A DNA stretch of 64,000 bases, from positions 75,476-139,475 of IMG/VR virus record IMGVR_UViG_2920951204_000001. One strand, given 5' to 3'. Source of the DNA: a virus. Lineage: Duplodnaviria > Caudoviricetes. Position 1 is the first letter of the stretch; the number at the start of each line of letters is the position of its first letter. Of the stretch, positions 28,664 through 39,198 are shown in pieces. The translations under genes were made by a program, and so were the position numbers. Below the pieces are notes generated by a model. It saw only the letters and a list, made by a program, of their open reading frames with translations. It had not been told where the DNA came from and did not search any database.

Positions 28664-29653
28664 ATGGATAGATATGAAGCAAGAATAAAACTTTTTGGTT
28701 CTACTCAAAGAGAACGAAATGTTAATAAATTAAAACAATCAATTTGGGCAAAGCTACCTGATAACCCTTCATATAAAAGCGTAAAGATAAACGATAAAGA
28801 AAGATTTCTTTGTATTAATACTGGTACTCAACCTTATTATAAAGAATTTGAAACTTTACCAAATGAAGACATTAATATTGGAGACTATGTGGATTTTGCT
28901 AATTCTAAATGGATTGTTGTTACATGCGATAGTGATAATGAAATTTATCGTGATGGAAAATTATATCAATGTAATTATTTATTAAAATGGCAAAATGACA
29001 TTGGAGAAATTATTGAACGTTGGGCTTTTATTGCTAGTGCAAGTAAATATAATGACGGAACTACTGGAAATAATGTTATTACACTTGGTTCTGATCAATT
29101 GTCTGTTGTAATACCATTGGACGAAGAATCGTTAAGGTTAAAGAAAAACCAAAGTAGAAAATTCTTTATTGACAATAACAAAACAAATCCAACGACATAT
29201 GAATTGACTGGTACAGGAAATGTACCCGATACATATGATGGTCATGGTGTAACTTCGTGGATTGTGAAAGAGTGTGAATATACACCAACGACAGACGATT
29301 TAAAATATGGTGTCTGTAATTATCATTCTACTCTATCTATATCTGATATTTCAACGGAAGAAATGACTGTTTCAATTGTTGGTTCAGATATTATTAAAAT
29401 CGGCAAAACAAAAACCTGGACTGTCAAATTTAGAGATAGAAATGGAAATGATTTAGAATATCTTGATTGGAAATGGAATATCAAATCAGATTTTGATATT
29501 TCTGAACTTGTCATACAAGAATCGGGGTCGGATATTAAAATAACTACTCAAGATGATGACTCGTTAGTAAATGGGTATTTCTTATTGCAAATTTTAAAAA
29601 ATGATGAAACTGTAATAACTGAAAAACAAATTAATATTGGGGAGGTGTATTAG
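28664..29653 (+). CDS. Putative head closure/neck protein
   Basis: Synteny; beta-rich with an Ig-like C-terminus. Confidence 0.5.
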   Translation: MDRYEARIKLFGSTQRERNVNKLKQSIWAKLPDNPSYKSVKINDKERFLCINTGTQPYYKEFETLPNEDINIGDYVDFANSKWIVVTCDSDNEIYRDGKLYQCNYLLKWQNDIGEIIERWAFIASASKYNDGTTGNNVITLGSDQLSVVIPLDEESLRLKKNQSRKFFIDNNKTNPTTYELTGTGNVPDTYDGHGVTSWIVKECEYTPTTDDLKYGVCNYHSTLSISDISTEEMTVSIVGSDIIKIGKTKTWTVKFRDRNGNDLEYLDWKWNIKSDFDISELVIQESGSDIKITTQDDDSLVNGYFLLQILKNDETVITEKQINIGEVY

Positions 29654-29654
29654 T

Positions 29655-30131
29655 ATGTCACAGATATTAAAAGACATTGGAGCTTGTAAATCTGTTATCA
29701 TTAATTCTCTCCTTGATAATACAGAAATAATGGAATTGATGTTGGGTAAAAATTTCACCGAAACCCAAGTAGATAATATTGTTTATGAGCAGATATTTCC
29801 ATATTTATATATAGATGAAACACAAATAGAAACAAAATCTTATATATGTTGTGAGGTCAATATTCCTAAAATACCCACTTCTACAATTAAAAATATTTCT
29901 ATTTGTTTGTGGGCTTTCTGCCATAAAGATATAATGAAATATTCTAAGAAGGGATATAAAGGGTCAAGAGCGGATATTCTTGCTGATATGGTGGAACGTT
30001 GTTTAAGAAATTCGAATAAATTTGGTATTGGTAAATTACATTTAGATTCTGTAACTAATATCTACCCTAACAATAAAACATACGGAAGAGAAATGATATT
30101 TACTATTCCAGATTTTAAGATAAAGGAGTAA
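29655..30131 (+). CDS. Putative tail terminator
   Basis: Synteny before the tail tube gene; 'R.D.LA' motif. Confidence 0.5.
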   Translation: MSQILKDIGACKSVIINSLLDNTEIMELMLGKNFTETQVDNIVYEQIFPYLYIDETQIETKSYICCEVNIPKIPTSTIKNISICLWAFCHKDIMKYSKKGYKGSRADILADMVERCLRNSNKFGIGKLHLDSVTNIYPNNKTYGREMIFTIPDFKIKE

Positions 30132-30135
30132 CATT

Positions 30136-30894
30136 ATGAGATTAGATTATTTTACTCTTTTATCTCCAACTTCTTTTTATATAGAAAATGTTGGGAACAT
30201 ATTTTCACCTAAATTAAAGGACATTTCTAAAATTGGAATTGATGTTTATAATTTTTATATTTCTCTTCTCCTATTCAATCCTAAAACTTATTTTGGAATT
30301 ATTGGGAAATTAAAAGAATATGAAGAAAATAATATTGAATTAACCAGTCAAGAAACTTATGAGCTTTTTGTTTCGAGTGAGTATATAGCAACTCTATTGC
30401 AAAATGCATTTAATTTCTTTTTTATACAAAATGTAGTGTTCTATCAAGAAGAGAAATGTTTTTTAGTAGCTAAAGATTTAAATGATATAAAAAATACAGT
30501 TATAGGTGTTATTAATGTGAGTAATTACCAATATGTTACTGACTTAATATTACAGTTTAATAATATACATAAATCTGAAGAATATGATATGAATAAAATT
30601 AAAAGCAAAAAGGCATTAGAGATAGTAAAGAAAATACAAAAAGCAAAAAAGCAAATAAAATCTCAAAAAGAAAATAATGAAAATGTTGATTTGGGAAATA
30701 TAGTTTCTGTTGTTGCGAATAAGCATCCAAGTATAAATATGACAAATATTTATGATTTGACAATATATCAACTTTGGGATTCTTACATTCGATTAATTAA
30801 CAACAATATCTATAATATTCAATCAACCAATATGGCTGTATGGGGAAATAAAGACTTTGATATTTCTTCATGGACAAAAAAAATAGATAACTAA
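30136..30894 (+). CDS. Hypothetical tail-region protein
   Basis: 'IYDLTIYQLW' motif; synteny. Confidence 0.55.
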   Translation: MRLDYFTLLSPTSFYIENVGNIFSPKLKDISKIGIDVYNFYISLLLFNPKTYFGIIGKLKEYEENNIELTSQETYELFVSSEYIATLLQNAFNFFFIQNVVFYQEEKCFLVAKDLNDIKNTVIGVINVSNYQYVTDLILQFNNIHKSEEYDMNKIKSKKALEIVKKIQKAKKQIKSQKENNENVDLGNIVSVVANKHPSINMTNIYDLTIYQLWDSYIRLINNNIYNIQSTNMAVWGNKDFDISSWTKKIDN

Positions 30895-30953
30895 TTATAA
30901 AGACCTATTTATTGGGTCTTTTTTATTTTACATAAAATAAAGGAGGATTTAAT

Positions 30954-31685
30954 ATGTCTAATAAAAATATGGCAAATAGAGAAGTTTGTGATCTTATTTT
31001 TGTAGATTATTCTACAAAGAAACCTTTTTTAAATTTAGATTTTGCCAATGTTACTACTACTGAACTTACAGGTGAAAATGTATATGCTTATGGTGGAAAG
31101 GGACATCCTAAAAGAGTGTCCTTCAGTGGCGAAAAAGGTGGAACTCTTACAGTTGAAACACAGATTCAGACAGTTAAGTTATGGCAGTTAATTACTGGCG
31201 GTGAAGTTTCTAAGACTGCAAAGTTTATGACTAGAGAAGAACTTGTTGTTGGTACAGGTGGAACAGAAATAACATTATCTGATACACCTGTTGCTGGTTC
31301 AGTTGTCATTTATAAAGCAGATGATGATTGCGGTACAGAGCTTGCTAACTCAGTTGATGCAAAGAAAGCGACTCTTACTCAAGCTCTTACAGAAGGCGAT
31401 AAAGTAATCGCTTATTACATTAAAGAACTTACGGATAAAGTTGAAAGAATCAATATTAAGTCTACAAGTTTTCCTAAGAATTTCATTGTTTATGGTGATA
31501 CTATTATGAAGACAGAAGATGATGAGATTCTTCCGATGAAGATGACTGCATATAAATGTGCTCCTCAGAGCAATATTTCTCTTGGTTTCTCAAATAATGG
31601 AGACCCACAGACAGTTACAATTACTGCTGATTTAATGGCAGATGAAGATGACAATATGTTAGATCTTGCTCTTATTGAGGAATAA
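30954..31685 (+). CDS. Major tail (tube) protein
   Basis: 243 aa, strong RBS, 'AYGGKGHP' motif, synteny. Confidence 0.7.
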   Translation: MSNKNMANREVCDLIFVDYSTKKPFLNLDFANVTTTELTGENVYAYGGKGHPKRVSFSGEKGGTLTVETQIQTVKLWQLITGGEVSKTAKFMTREELVVGTGGTEITLSDTPVAGSVVIYKADDDCGTELANSVDAKKATLTQALTEGDKVIAYYIKELTDKVERINIKSTSFPKNFIVYGDTIMKTEDDEILPMKMTAYKCAPQSNISLGFSNNGDPQTVTITADLMADEDDNMLDLALIEE

Positions 31686-31736
31686 TTTTTGAAGAGTGCA
31701 ACTTGCACTCTTCTTTTACTTGGAGGAATTAAAAAA

Positions 31737-31976
31737 ATGATACAGAAATGCAAAGTTACATATCACAACAAGTTCCTCAATATTATTGTTTTTGAATTTA
31801 AGGGAAAAGAAATTCAGATGACATTGGATATTCCTGACGAAACAAAAGTTGTGTATATAAAACATGAAAATGGCAAATATTCTGCTGCATCTGAACAGGA
31901 ATATAATAACTCTAAAATTTCCACAAAAAATGTTCAGAAGATAGTGAAAGGAAAACCATTGGAAAAATCAGAATAA
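31737..31976 (+). CDS. Hypothetical protein
   Basis: RBS GGAGG. Confidence 0.6.
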   Translation: MIQKCKVTYHNKFLNIIVFEFKGKEIQMTLDIPDETKVVYIKHENGKYSAASEQEYNNSKISTKNVQKIVKGKPLEKSE

Positions 31977-32069
31977 ATATTGTAGTTAGTTTTAATTATT
32001 ATACCTATAGGGATAGCATTACTACAATATTTGTTTCTTGCTATCCCTATTTTTTACGATTTAAGGTTG

Positions 32070-32318
32070 GTGATTAAAATTAACAAAATATTTAACTCTT
32101 TAGATGAGGTATATGAATGCTATGGAAAAGAAAATATTATACCCATAACTCAATTACCTCAGATAATTTTTTACACATCTAAGTGGCATATTCAACCCAA
32201 ATGGATACAAGAAAGTGACAAAAATGCTGGTCATTTATGTTGCTTTTTTCATAAGGGCGAAACAAAAAAATGCTACGAAGAATGGACAAAAAATCGTCCA
32301 AGCAATGAGGTGAAGTGA
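32070..32318 (+). CDS. Hypothetical protein (start GTG at 32070 or ATT at 32079)
   Basis: RBS AAGGTTGGTGA; C-terminal 'F.K.ETK..YEEW'. Confidence 0.55.
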   Translation: MIKINKIFNSLDEVYECYGKENIIPITQLPQIIFYTSKWHIQPKWIQESDKNAGHLCCFFHKGETKKCYEEWTKNRPSNEVK

Positions 32319-32593
32319 TGAATATAGATAACATTTCAAAAAAGACACCATTAGAACCATACATAGAGCTTGATGGTGGGTATGCGGTTTGTGTACGTTG
32401 TGGTGAAGAAATATCGCCTCGGCAAAAAGTTTGTTCTTGTGGACAAATTCAAGATTGGTCTTGGTTAAATAAAAACAAGGAGGGAAAAAATGAAGAAAAT
32501 AAATTTAAAGGGAATTACTCCCGAAGCGATTACAAGAATAGTTGTTTTACTTATAGCATTAATCAATGCAGTATTACAGATATTCGGAATTAA
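32318..32593 (+). CDS. Small zinc-ribbon protein
   Basis: CVRCG...CSCGQ; 3' end overlaps the holin. Confidence 0.45.
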   Translation: MNIDNISKKTPLEPYIELDGGYAVCVRCGEEISPRQKVCSCGQIQDWSWLNKNKEGKNEENKFKGNYSRSDYKNSCFTYSINQCSITDIRN

Positions 32594-32798
32594 TACAATT
32601 CCTGTTACAAATGATGAAGCATCAGAAATCGTGTCAATTGTATTTTTAATTATAATGACATTGTATAATACATATAAAAACTTCAATGTAACGCCTGCTT
32701 CTCAGATTGCCCAGAATATCACCGATTCAATTAAGAATGGCGAATTAGTTGCTGAAGATATTGAAGAAATATTAAAGAAGATTAAAGAAAGCAGGTAA
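32490..32798 (+). CDS. Holin (SPP1 type)
   Basis: Two TM helices; 'R..VL.IALIN..L..FG...IP' and 'KN.NVT..SQ.AQ'. Confidence 0.85.
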   Translation: MKKINLKGITPEAITRIVVLLIALINAVLQIFGINTIPVTNDEASEIVSIVFLIIMTLYNTYKNFNVTPASQIAQNITDSIKNGELVAEDIEEILKKIKESR

Positions 32799-32806
32799 TA
32801 GTATGA

Positions 32807-33331
32807 ATGGATGCAATAAAGGAACTTACACAGATTAATTATGGTACTTTAATTATTGCCATTTGTACTATTTTATTAGCATTTAAATTTATGTGGACGT
32901 TATTTGATTGGTTCATTAAATTGTTAGGTTTGGAAACGAGGTCTATGCGACTAAAACGTGAAGAACATGAATTGTTAATTGCTACGTCTAAAGCACTTAA
33001 TGAATTAAAAGAAAAAGAATGCGAAGATACTAAACAAGCAATCAAACATGACCAAATGATTAAAAATGATTTGGTAAAATTATCCGAAACTGTTGATAAT
33101 ATTGCCGTCACTCTTAATGAAATGAAAGAAAAAGATAATATTACGGAAGTTAAGAAACTTAAAGAAAAACTTGTAGCTTATTATAATAAATACAAAAATT
33201 CAGAAGGATGGACAAAAGTTGAAAAAGATGTCTTTTGGGATTTATTTGATGACTATGAAAAAAGAGGTGGAGACGGATTTATACATTCAATAGTTGAACC
33301 CGTTATGCGAGAAATGAAAGAAATTGATTAA
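32807..33331 (+). CDS. Membrane-anchored coiled-coil protein (lysis-associated family)
   Basis: N-terminal TM helix; C-terminal 'Y...GGDG.IH' motif; adjacent to the holin. Confidence 0.55.
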   Translation: MDAIKELTQINYGTLIIAICTILLAFKFMWTLFDWFIKLLGLETRSMRLKREEHELLIATSKALNELKEKECEDTKQAIKHDQMIKNDLVKLSETVDNIAVTLNEMKEKDNITEVKKLKEKLVAYYNKYKNSEGWTKVEKDVFWDLFDDYEKRGGDGFIHSIVEPVMREMKEID

Positions 33332-33388
33332 GTTTGAAAGAGCGGTTTCTTCGGGAATCGCTTTTTCATTTAATGTATAAAGAGGTGA

Positions 33389-33832
33389 ATGAAAATACAA
33401 GAAATAAAATTAGTGATTGATAATTTATCACTTGAAGAATATGAAAAATATTATTTTGAAAAACATCCGAGAGCAAGTAAAAAGCCAATAGATAATCCAT
33501 ATCATCCTACTATAAACCAGTGGATGATAATGAAAAGACCTATGATGAATGCCCTTAAACAAAAATGGAAAGATTTCATACGATGGTTTATTGATAATCA
33601 AGGTTATTCTAACCTACACATTGAAAAATGCGAAATGAAATTTATTACATATTATAAGACAAATCGTAGACATGACATAGACAATAGTTGTCCTAAATTT
33701 ATCTTGGATGGATTTTCAGAAAGCGGATTTATCATTGATGACGATAGTAAACATATAACAAAGATAACAATGGAATGTCATGTAGATAAAGAAAATCCAA
33801 GAACAGAAATTGAAGTAATAATACGACAGTAG
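33389..33832 (+). CDS. rusA: RusA-like Holliday junction resolvase
   Basis: 'RRHDIDN..KFILDG...IIDDDS...D..NPRTEI'. Confidence 0.8.
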   Translation: MKIQEIKLVIDNLSLEEYEKYYFEKHPRASKKPIDNPYHPTINQWMIMKRPMMNALKQKWKDFIRWFIDNQGYSNLHIEKCEMKFITYYKTNRRHDIDNSCPKFILDGFSESGFIIDDDSKHITKITMECHVDKENPRTEIEVIIRQ

Positions 33833-33947
33833 CAAGTAAGCTAATCACACAAAATAATATTATACTATAACTAATTTTACACGAATGTAAATTTTTCCAT
33901 TATATAATTCATGTATAAACAATAAGCATATTGAACACATTAAAATT

Positions 33948-34142
33948 ATGGAAAATAAATTATGGTATTATAGAAATAAAAATAATATAACATTACAAGA
34001 GCTATCTCGATTAAGTGGAATTTCTGTTGCAGAGTTAAATCGCATCGAGAATGGATACACAAATGATATTATGTTGAGTAACGCCATTACTCTTTCCAAA
34101 ATTTTACACGTAGATCTTTATGAATTGTTTTGTATTAAATAA
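33948..34142 (+). CDS. XRE-family HTH regulator
   Basis: 'ITLQELSRLSGIS...LNRIENG'. Confidence 0.85.
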   Translation: MENKLWYYRNKNNITLQELSRLSGISVAELNRIENGYTNDIMLSNAITLSKILHVDLYELFCIK

Positions 34143-34159
34143 TGGAAAGGGGTGACAGT

Positions 34160-34351
34160 ATGGGAAACTCGACATTCTTTAAACTTGTATGTGTTGATGA
34201 AAATGACGTGTTTGAGTATAAGGTTTTGGAAGATGTAAATAAGGCAACTTTAGATGAAGTTCACATCTTTGTTGAACAAAATATACATAAACACAAAAAT
34301 GCAAAGTGGTTGTTATTGCCTTGCGAAGTCGCATTAAAAACAAAAAACTAA
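34160..34351 (+). CDS. Hypothetical protein
   Basis: RBS AAGGGGTGA. Confidence 0.55.
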   Translation: MGNSTFFKLVCVDENDVFEYKVLEDVNKATLDEVHIFVEQNIHKHKNAKWLLLPCEVALKTKN

Positions 34352-34425
34352 ATAATTAAATTATCTAAAGGAGACTGGTTTTGTGACCAGTCTCTTTTTT
34401 GTATTGGAAAGAAAGGAATAAATTT

Positions 34426-34785
34426 ATGATAAAGAAAGTTAAGGAATATTTTGAATATAAGAAAAATTTGAGAACAGTTAAAAGAAACATTGTAAAATTC
34501 GGTTCTACTGCTCTTCCATTGGTGAATTTAATAACTAAAAACGCTTTAGATTTGATTAATTTTGCTACAAGAGTTTTAGATGAATGTAACAACCTTAAAG
34601 AAGATGAATTGTTAGATAGGTTACAGTCAATTATTAAGGAGTCTACTTCTGTTCTTGCTGATAAATTTGAAACTGATGAAGCAAGATTATTCGAAATTGT
34701 AAAATATATTGTTACACTGGATAAAGCCGATATACAGAAAATCATTACTGATGCACAGGTTGAAACATTGAATAAGGACAAGTAG
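34426..34785 (+). CDS. Putative tail assembly chaperone
   Basis: Helical 119-aa ORF two genes before the tape measure gene. Confidence 0.4.
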   Translation: MIKKVKEYFEYKKNLRTVKRNIVKFGSTALPLVNLITKNALDLINFATRVLDECNNLKEDELLDRLQSIIKESTSVLADKFETDEARLFEIVKYIVTLDKADIQKIITDAQVETLNKDK

Positions 34786-34788
34786 AAA

Positions 34789-35274
34789 ATGTCAATAAAA
34801 AATTTAAAAGATTTAAAAAAGGTTTTAGAACCATACTTAGTAAAGGCTTTAGAATTAACACGAGATGATATTTATGATGTTTTTTCAAAAATGCTAAATG
34901 ATTATTATACTGAACCTGTGTTTAATAATCCCAATGATCCTACTCAACCAGTTGTATATAAAAGAACTGATAAATTAAGAGACTCATTTACGGCAAGCGA
35001 GATAATTAAATTTGATGGTATCTATTCTTTTCGTGTGGGATACTGGGACGATTATTTAACTTTTCGATATCCAGGAAATAGCAAATGGAAGAATAATGTT
35101 CCTGCTACGGGTCAAGATGTCTTAGAGTGGTTTAATTCTGGCTCGCACGGTGGAACTGTGAAGGGTTCTTTTAATTTTTGGGATATGGGACTTGATTACA
35201 TACAAACTGAATATGGCGGTATACAAAGAATGTTTATATCCAATTGTAAAAAAGTTGGTCTAAACATACATTAA
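34789..35274 (+). CDS. Putative tail completion protein
   Basis: 'YKRTDKL..S' and 'HGG' motifs; synteny. Confidence 0.5.
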   Translation: MSIKNLKDLKKVLEPYLVKALELTRDDIYDVFSKMLNDYYTEPVFNNPNDPTQPVVYKRTDKLRDSFTASEIIKFDGIYSFRVGYWDDYLTFRYPGNSKWKNNVPATGQDVLEWFNSGSHGGTVKGSFNFWDMGLDYIQTEYGGIQRMFISNCKKVGLNIH

Positions 35275-35353
35275 AAAACTAAATTTTATTAACGCTTCCT
35301 TCGAGGCGTTATTTTTGTGTAAAAAATAAAACTTTGAAAGGAGAATAATAAAA

Positions 35354-37912
35354 ATGGATAATAACGAATTTGGTTTGAGACTGATTGCTGAATTAGATGG
35401 AACTAAATCTAAACAGCAACTCAATCAAGATATTGAAGCCTTAAAAAAGCAACTTGGGAATATTGAAATTCAAGCAAAACTCGGTAAAAATGTAGTTGCA
35501 AATTTAACAAAACAGTTAAATGCTACACAAATTAGTTTACAGAATGTAGATATTGATAAAAATGCCATCAATAGAATGGTGTCTCAGATTAACGGTGCTT
35601 TAAATCAAATTAATATAAATATTGGTGGTAATCTGAACAGTGGTGGGAATGTTCAGAATGCACAAAGGACTGGTCAACAAATTGGACAACAGATTCAGAA
35701 TGGTGTCAACTCTGTTATTCAAAAAGGTGGATTCAATAAAATATTTAAAGATTCTGGAAATGGGCTTAACAATGTTTCTAAAGATGCAGAAAAATATTTT
35801 CAAACATTATCAAACACTGTTTCGGTTCAAGAAAAACTTGGTCAAAATAATAATTTAACGAGTTTTATTGTTTCATTAAAAAATGCAGAAGGCGTAACTG
35901 AACAACTCAATTATAGGTTACAAACATTAAAAGATAATAATGGAAATATTATAGAACGTTTTTTTGAATATTCTGGTGGTTCAATTAATAACAATGGCGT
36001 TATCAAGCAAATTGATATGATAGAATCTAAAGCCGATAGTTTGCAAAGAACACTTGATAAACTAAAAAGTGAATACTCAGATCCTAATACAACAAAACCT
36101 ATTAAAGATTCTGATCATATATCGCAATTAGAAGCACAGTATCTAAAAGTACAATCTGCTATTGATGGAGTGAGAAATGCAGATAACTCTACACTTTCCT
36201 CAATGGTAAACAATGCAAACAATGAAATAAATGCTTTAGAAATAATGGGCAGAGAATTTCAAAATGCTGAAACAACAGCTACGCAATTTAAAAATATTGA
36301 CATCTCTTCAGGCATTGAACAGGCTTCAAATAGATTTGATAAATTGAAAGCTAATTCGAAAGACATTAAAGAGATGTCCACAACCTTAAAAGATCTTGAA
36401 ACTTCTTTTGCCGATGTTAATGATAAAGCTTCTCTAGATAAATTTATTAATCAGCTTCGAGTCGGAGAAAGTCAGCTTAGTTCTATAAAAGCAGAACAAA
36501 GACAATTTGTTTCTGAAACTTCACGTTTAGCCACATCCGAAGCATGGAAAAAATGGGCAGATAATAATACTAAAGCATTAAAAAAATATGGTGATCAAAT
36601 AGATAATCTTATTTCCAAAATGAAAAATTTAGATGATCCAATGACAAAAGCTGAGAAAAACAATCTTATTTCACAGTGGAATCAGATGAAAAATAATATC
36701 AGAACCGATGGATTACTTGGTATGTCGTCTGTGGATAAAATAAAAAATGCTTGGGAAAAATTTGGTGGTTGGTCTATAGCTACTGGCAGCTTAATGAAAG
36801 GCGTTAATGAAATAAGAAAGGCTATTTCAGAATTAAAAGATGTTGACGATATTCTTACGGAAATTAGCAAAACTTCTAACAGAACAAAAGAAGAGTTAAA
36901 ATCTTTAGGGAATGAATCTTACGATAGAGCAAGTAAATTTGGTCGTACTGCTCCTGATTGGTTAACCGGTGTTCAGGAAATGAATCGAAGTGGGTTTTAT
37001 GGTGAACAAGGCAATGCGTTAGCAGATACATCTACTCTTGCTCAGTCTGCTGGCGATATGACCGCCGAAGTTGCCAATAATTGGATTTTAGCAACTAATG
37101 CTGCTTATAAATATCAAGCACAGACTGAAAAATTAAATGCTGTATTGGATGGAACCAATGAGATCACCAATCGGAACAGCGTAAATATGACAGACATTGC
37201 AAATGCGATGACAACGGTTGGTTCAAATGCTGCAAATGCAGGCGTTCAAATTAATGAATTATCAGCTCTTATTGGTACTGCTGTTGCAACTACTAAAAAA
37301 GAAGGTAATGAAGTTGGTACTGCTTATAAGTCTATTTTTGTTAATTTACAGAATACTTCTTCTAGTAAAATTCAAGCAACCTTAGAAAAAGCAGGAACTT
37401 CAATGACTGAAATTGTGAATGGAGCAGAACAATTACGTTCTCCTATTGCAATTCTTAAAGATTTGGCAAAAACCTATAATGAGTTAGACCAAAAAGATCC
37501 ATTAAGATCAGAGATAACGAGGAATATTGGTGGTAAACATTATGCTAACATTTTAGGTAGCACTTTAGATGGGTGGAATCAATATGAAAAGATGCTTAAA
37601 GATTATTCTGAAGGTTCGGGATCAGCTATGGAGGAAGCTGAGAAGTCAGCCAATAACTGGACAGGATCGCTTAATAAACTGTCTAATAGTTGGACGAAAT
37701 TAGTATCTAACTTTGCCGATTCTGACGGAATTACAAAAGGAATTCAAGCTTTAGCGTCTTTGACAGATGGAGCAAGTTCTTTTGTCAAAGTAATAGATTC
37801 CATTAGCAAAAGCGTTAGTAATTTATTTGGAATTTTAGGAGGAGAGGGTTCTTCTCTTGGTGGAACTATCGGTATTTTTACTGGTTTAATACAAAGTTTA
37901 ACAGGTCATGGT
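35354..37912 (+). CDS. Tail tape measure protein, exon 1 (853 codons)
   Basis: TP901-type TMP core ('LTEISKT...A..FGRT...N...N...A...T...GNEVGTAYKSI'); reading frame runs into intron sequence after ...SLTGHG. Confidence 0.85.
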
Positions 37913-38447
37913 GAAAATGTACTGCGCCCTTTGTTATAAGATTGAAAATAATGTCTTTCAATTAACGTAGCGAATGCAGACCTTTTGTGTACTTTAAAAC
38001 ACAATAAATCTCGAATAATGCTGGGAATCCCTAAAGCCAACAACCACAATTATCAAGGAAACGAAGATAATACGGTGTTAATAGCAAAACAAATGTTGGA
38101 TGTCATACCCATGAAAATTGGTTAAAATGACATAGTATGTTAAGTCGTACAGTATGAGTGCTGAAATGTACTCCTCTACTACAATGGGTGGTCTATAGGT
38201 AGGTTTAATAACCGAAAGCAGTCGTTGGCTAAGTCGTATATACGATAGTTGTCTTGTAGTGACGCACAAGAATGTCAACGGTTCAGAGACTGGCAAGAGC
38301 AGGCAGATTTACAGACTAATGTTCTTCTGCTTGGATATACAGTCCCGATTTGCGAAAGCAAACGTAATGCGTTAAATAATATTATGCTGACTTCTGAAAA
38401 CAGATAGTATTATTTTAAAATTAAATTAAAAGAAAGGAATTTTAAAT

Positions 38448-38597
38448 ATGAAAAAATTTATTTATACATTAAAACAAATATTACCATTAACTTATTATTC
38501 AAAGTATAAAGTCCAGAATGGAGTTAAAGAACTCGCAATCTGGACTCAGTGGTTTGGTAAACCATTTAATATTAAGCGATATACTTTAGCCGACTAA
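38448..38597 (+). CDS. Micro-protein, 49 aa (intron cargo)
   Basis: RBS GAAAGGA; MKKFIYTLKQILPLTYYSKY...WTQWFGKPFNIKRYTLAD. Confidence 0.65.
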   Translation: MKKFIYTLKQILPLTYYSKYKVQNGVKELAIWTQWFGKPFNIKRYTLAD

Positions 38598-38725
38598 TGG
38601 AATTTAGTCCCATTGCATTTTGGGCATGGTGGCATTGTATCGGTATCATCATCTAATACAATCACCTGTCCACAATTGTCACAAGTATATTGACCTTTAC
38701 CAGGCTTTTCTCCTGTGTTTGGCAT
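38594..38725 (-). CDS. 43-aa zinc-ribbon protein (intron cargo)
   Basis: RBS GAAAGGAGG; MPNTGEKPGKGQYTCDNCG...MPPCPKCNGTKFH. Confidence 0.75.
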   Translation of the reverse strand: MPNTGEKPGKGQYTCDNCGQVIVLDDDTDTMPPCPKCNGTKFH

Positions 38726-38836
38726 AAGTCCATCCTCCTTTCTTAATCGTACATAATGTTATGGTAATATTATAGCACTATGTTTGTAAGATTAATAGAA
38801 CAAATCTATGGTTTATAAATATTTTAAATTTTAGTA

Positions 38837-38865
38837 TTGACAATTAACTTACGACATTGTATAAT
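38837..38865 (+). promoter_or_regulatory. Consensus sigma-A promoter TTGACA-17-TATAAT
   Basis: Perfect boxes upstream of the HTH/antirepressor genes. Confidence 0.85.
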
Positions 38866-38891
38866 CAAACTTGCAAACGGGAGGTATATAG

Positions 38892-39080
38892 ATGTCAGAT
38901 GTCAGAGAGGTCTATGTTACTGCTGAAGTTGCTAAAATTTTAGATATTACTCCTGCTTATTTAATACGATTGGCAAAAGGTTTGAATTTATCAAATAGCC
39001 AATTTAGAGAAGCAGGAAAACGCAATTATCTTTTTAGTAAAGAATCAGTAGCAATAATCAGAGCTAATTTAAAAAAATAA
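38892..39080 (+). CDS. Small HTH DNA-binding protein (excisionase/MerR-like)
   Basis: 'YVTAEVAKILDITPAYL...GKRNYLFSKE'. Confidence 0.75.
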   Translation: MSDVREVYVTAEVAKILDITPAYLIRLAKGLNLSNSQFREAGKRNYLFSKESVAIIRANLKK

Positions 39081-39198
39081 AACAAACACTCATCGCTCCG
39101 ACCAAAGAACAAATGAGTGTTTTACATATGAGATTTCTCTCAACTCTTATTCTACTATACTTTCAAAATTTTATCAAATGAATTTTGGAGGAATTAAT

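Noticed and set aside
38078-38296. 72-aa minus-strand ORF
   Set aside because: Antisense to the group I intron catalytic core
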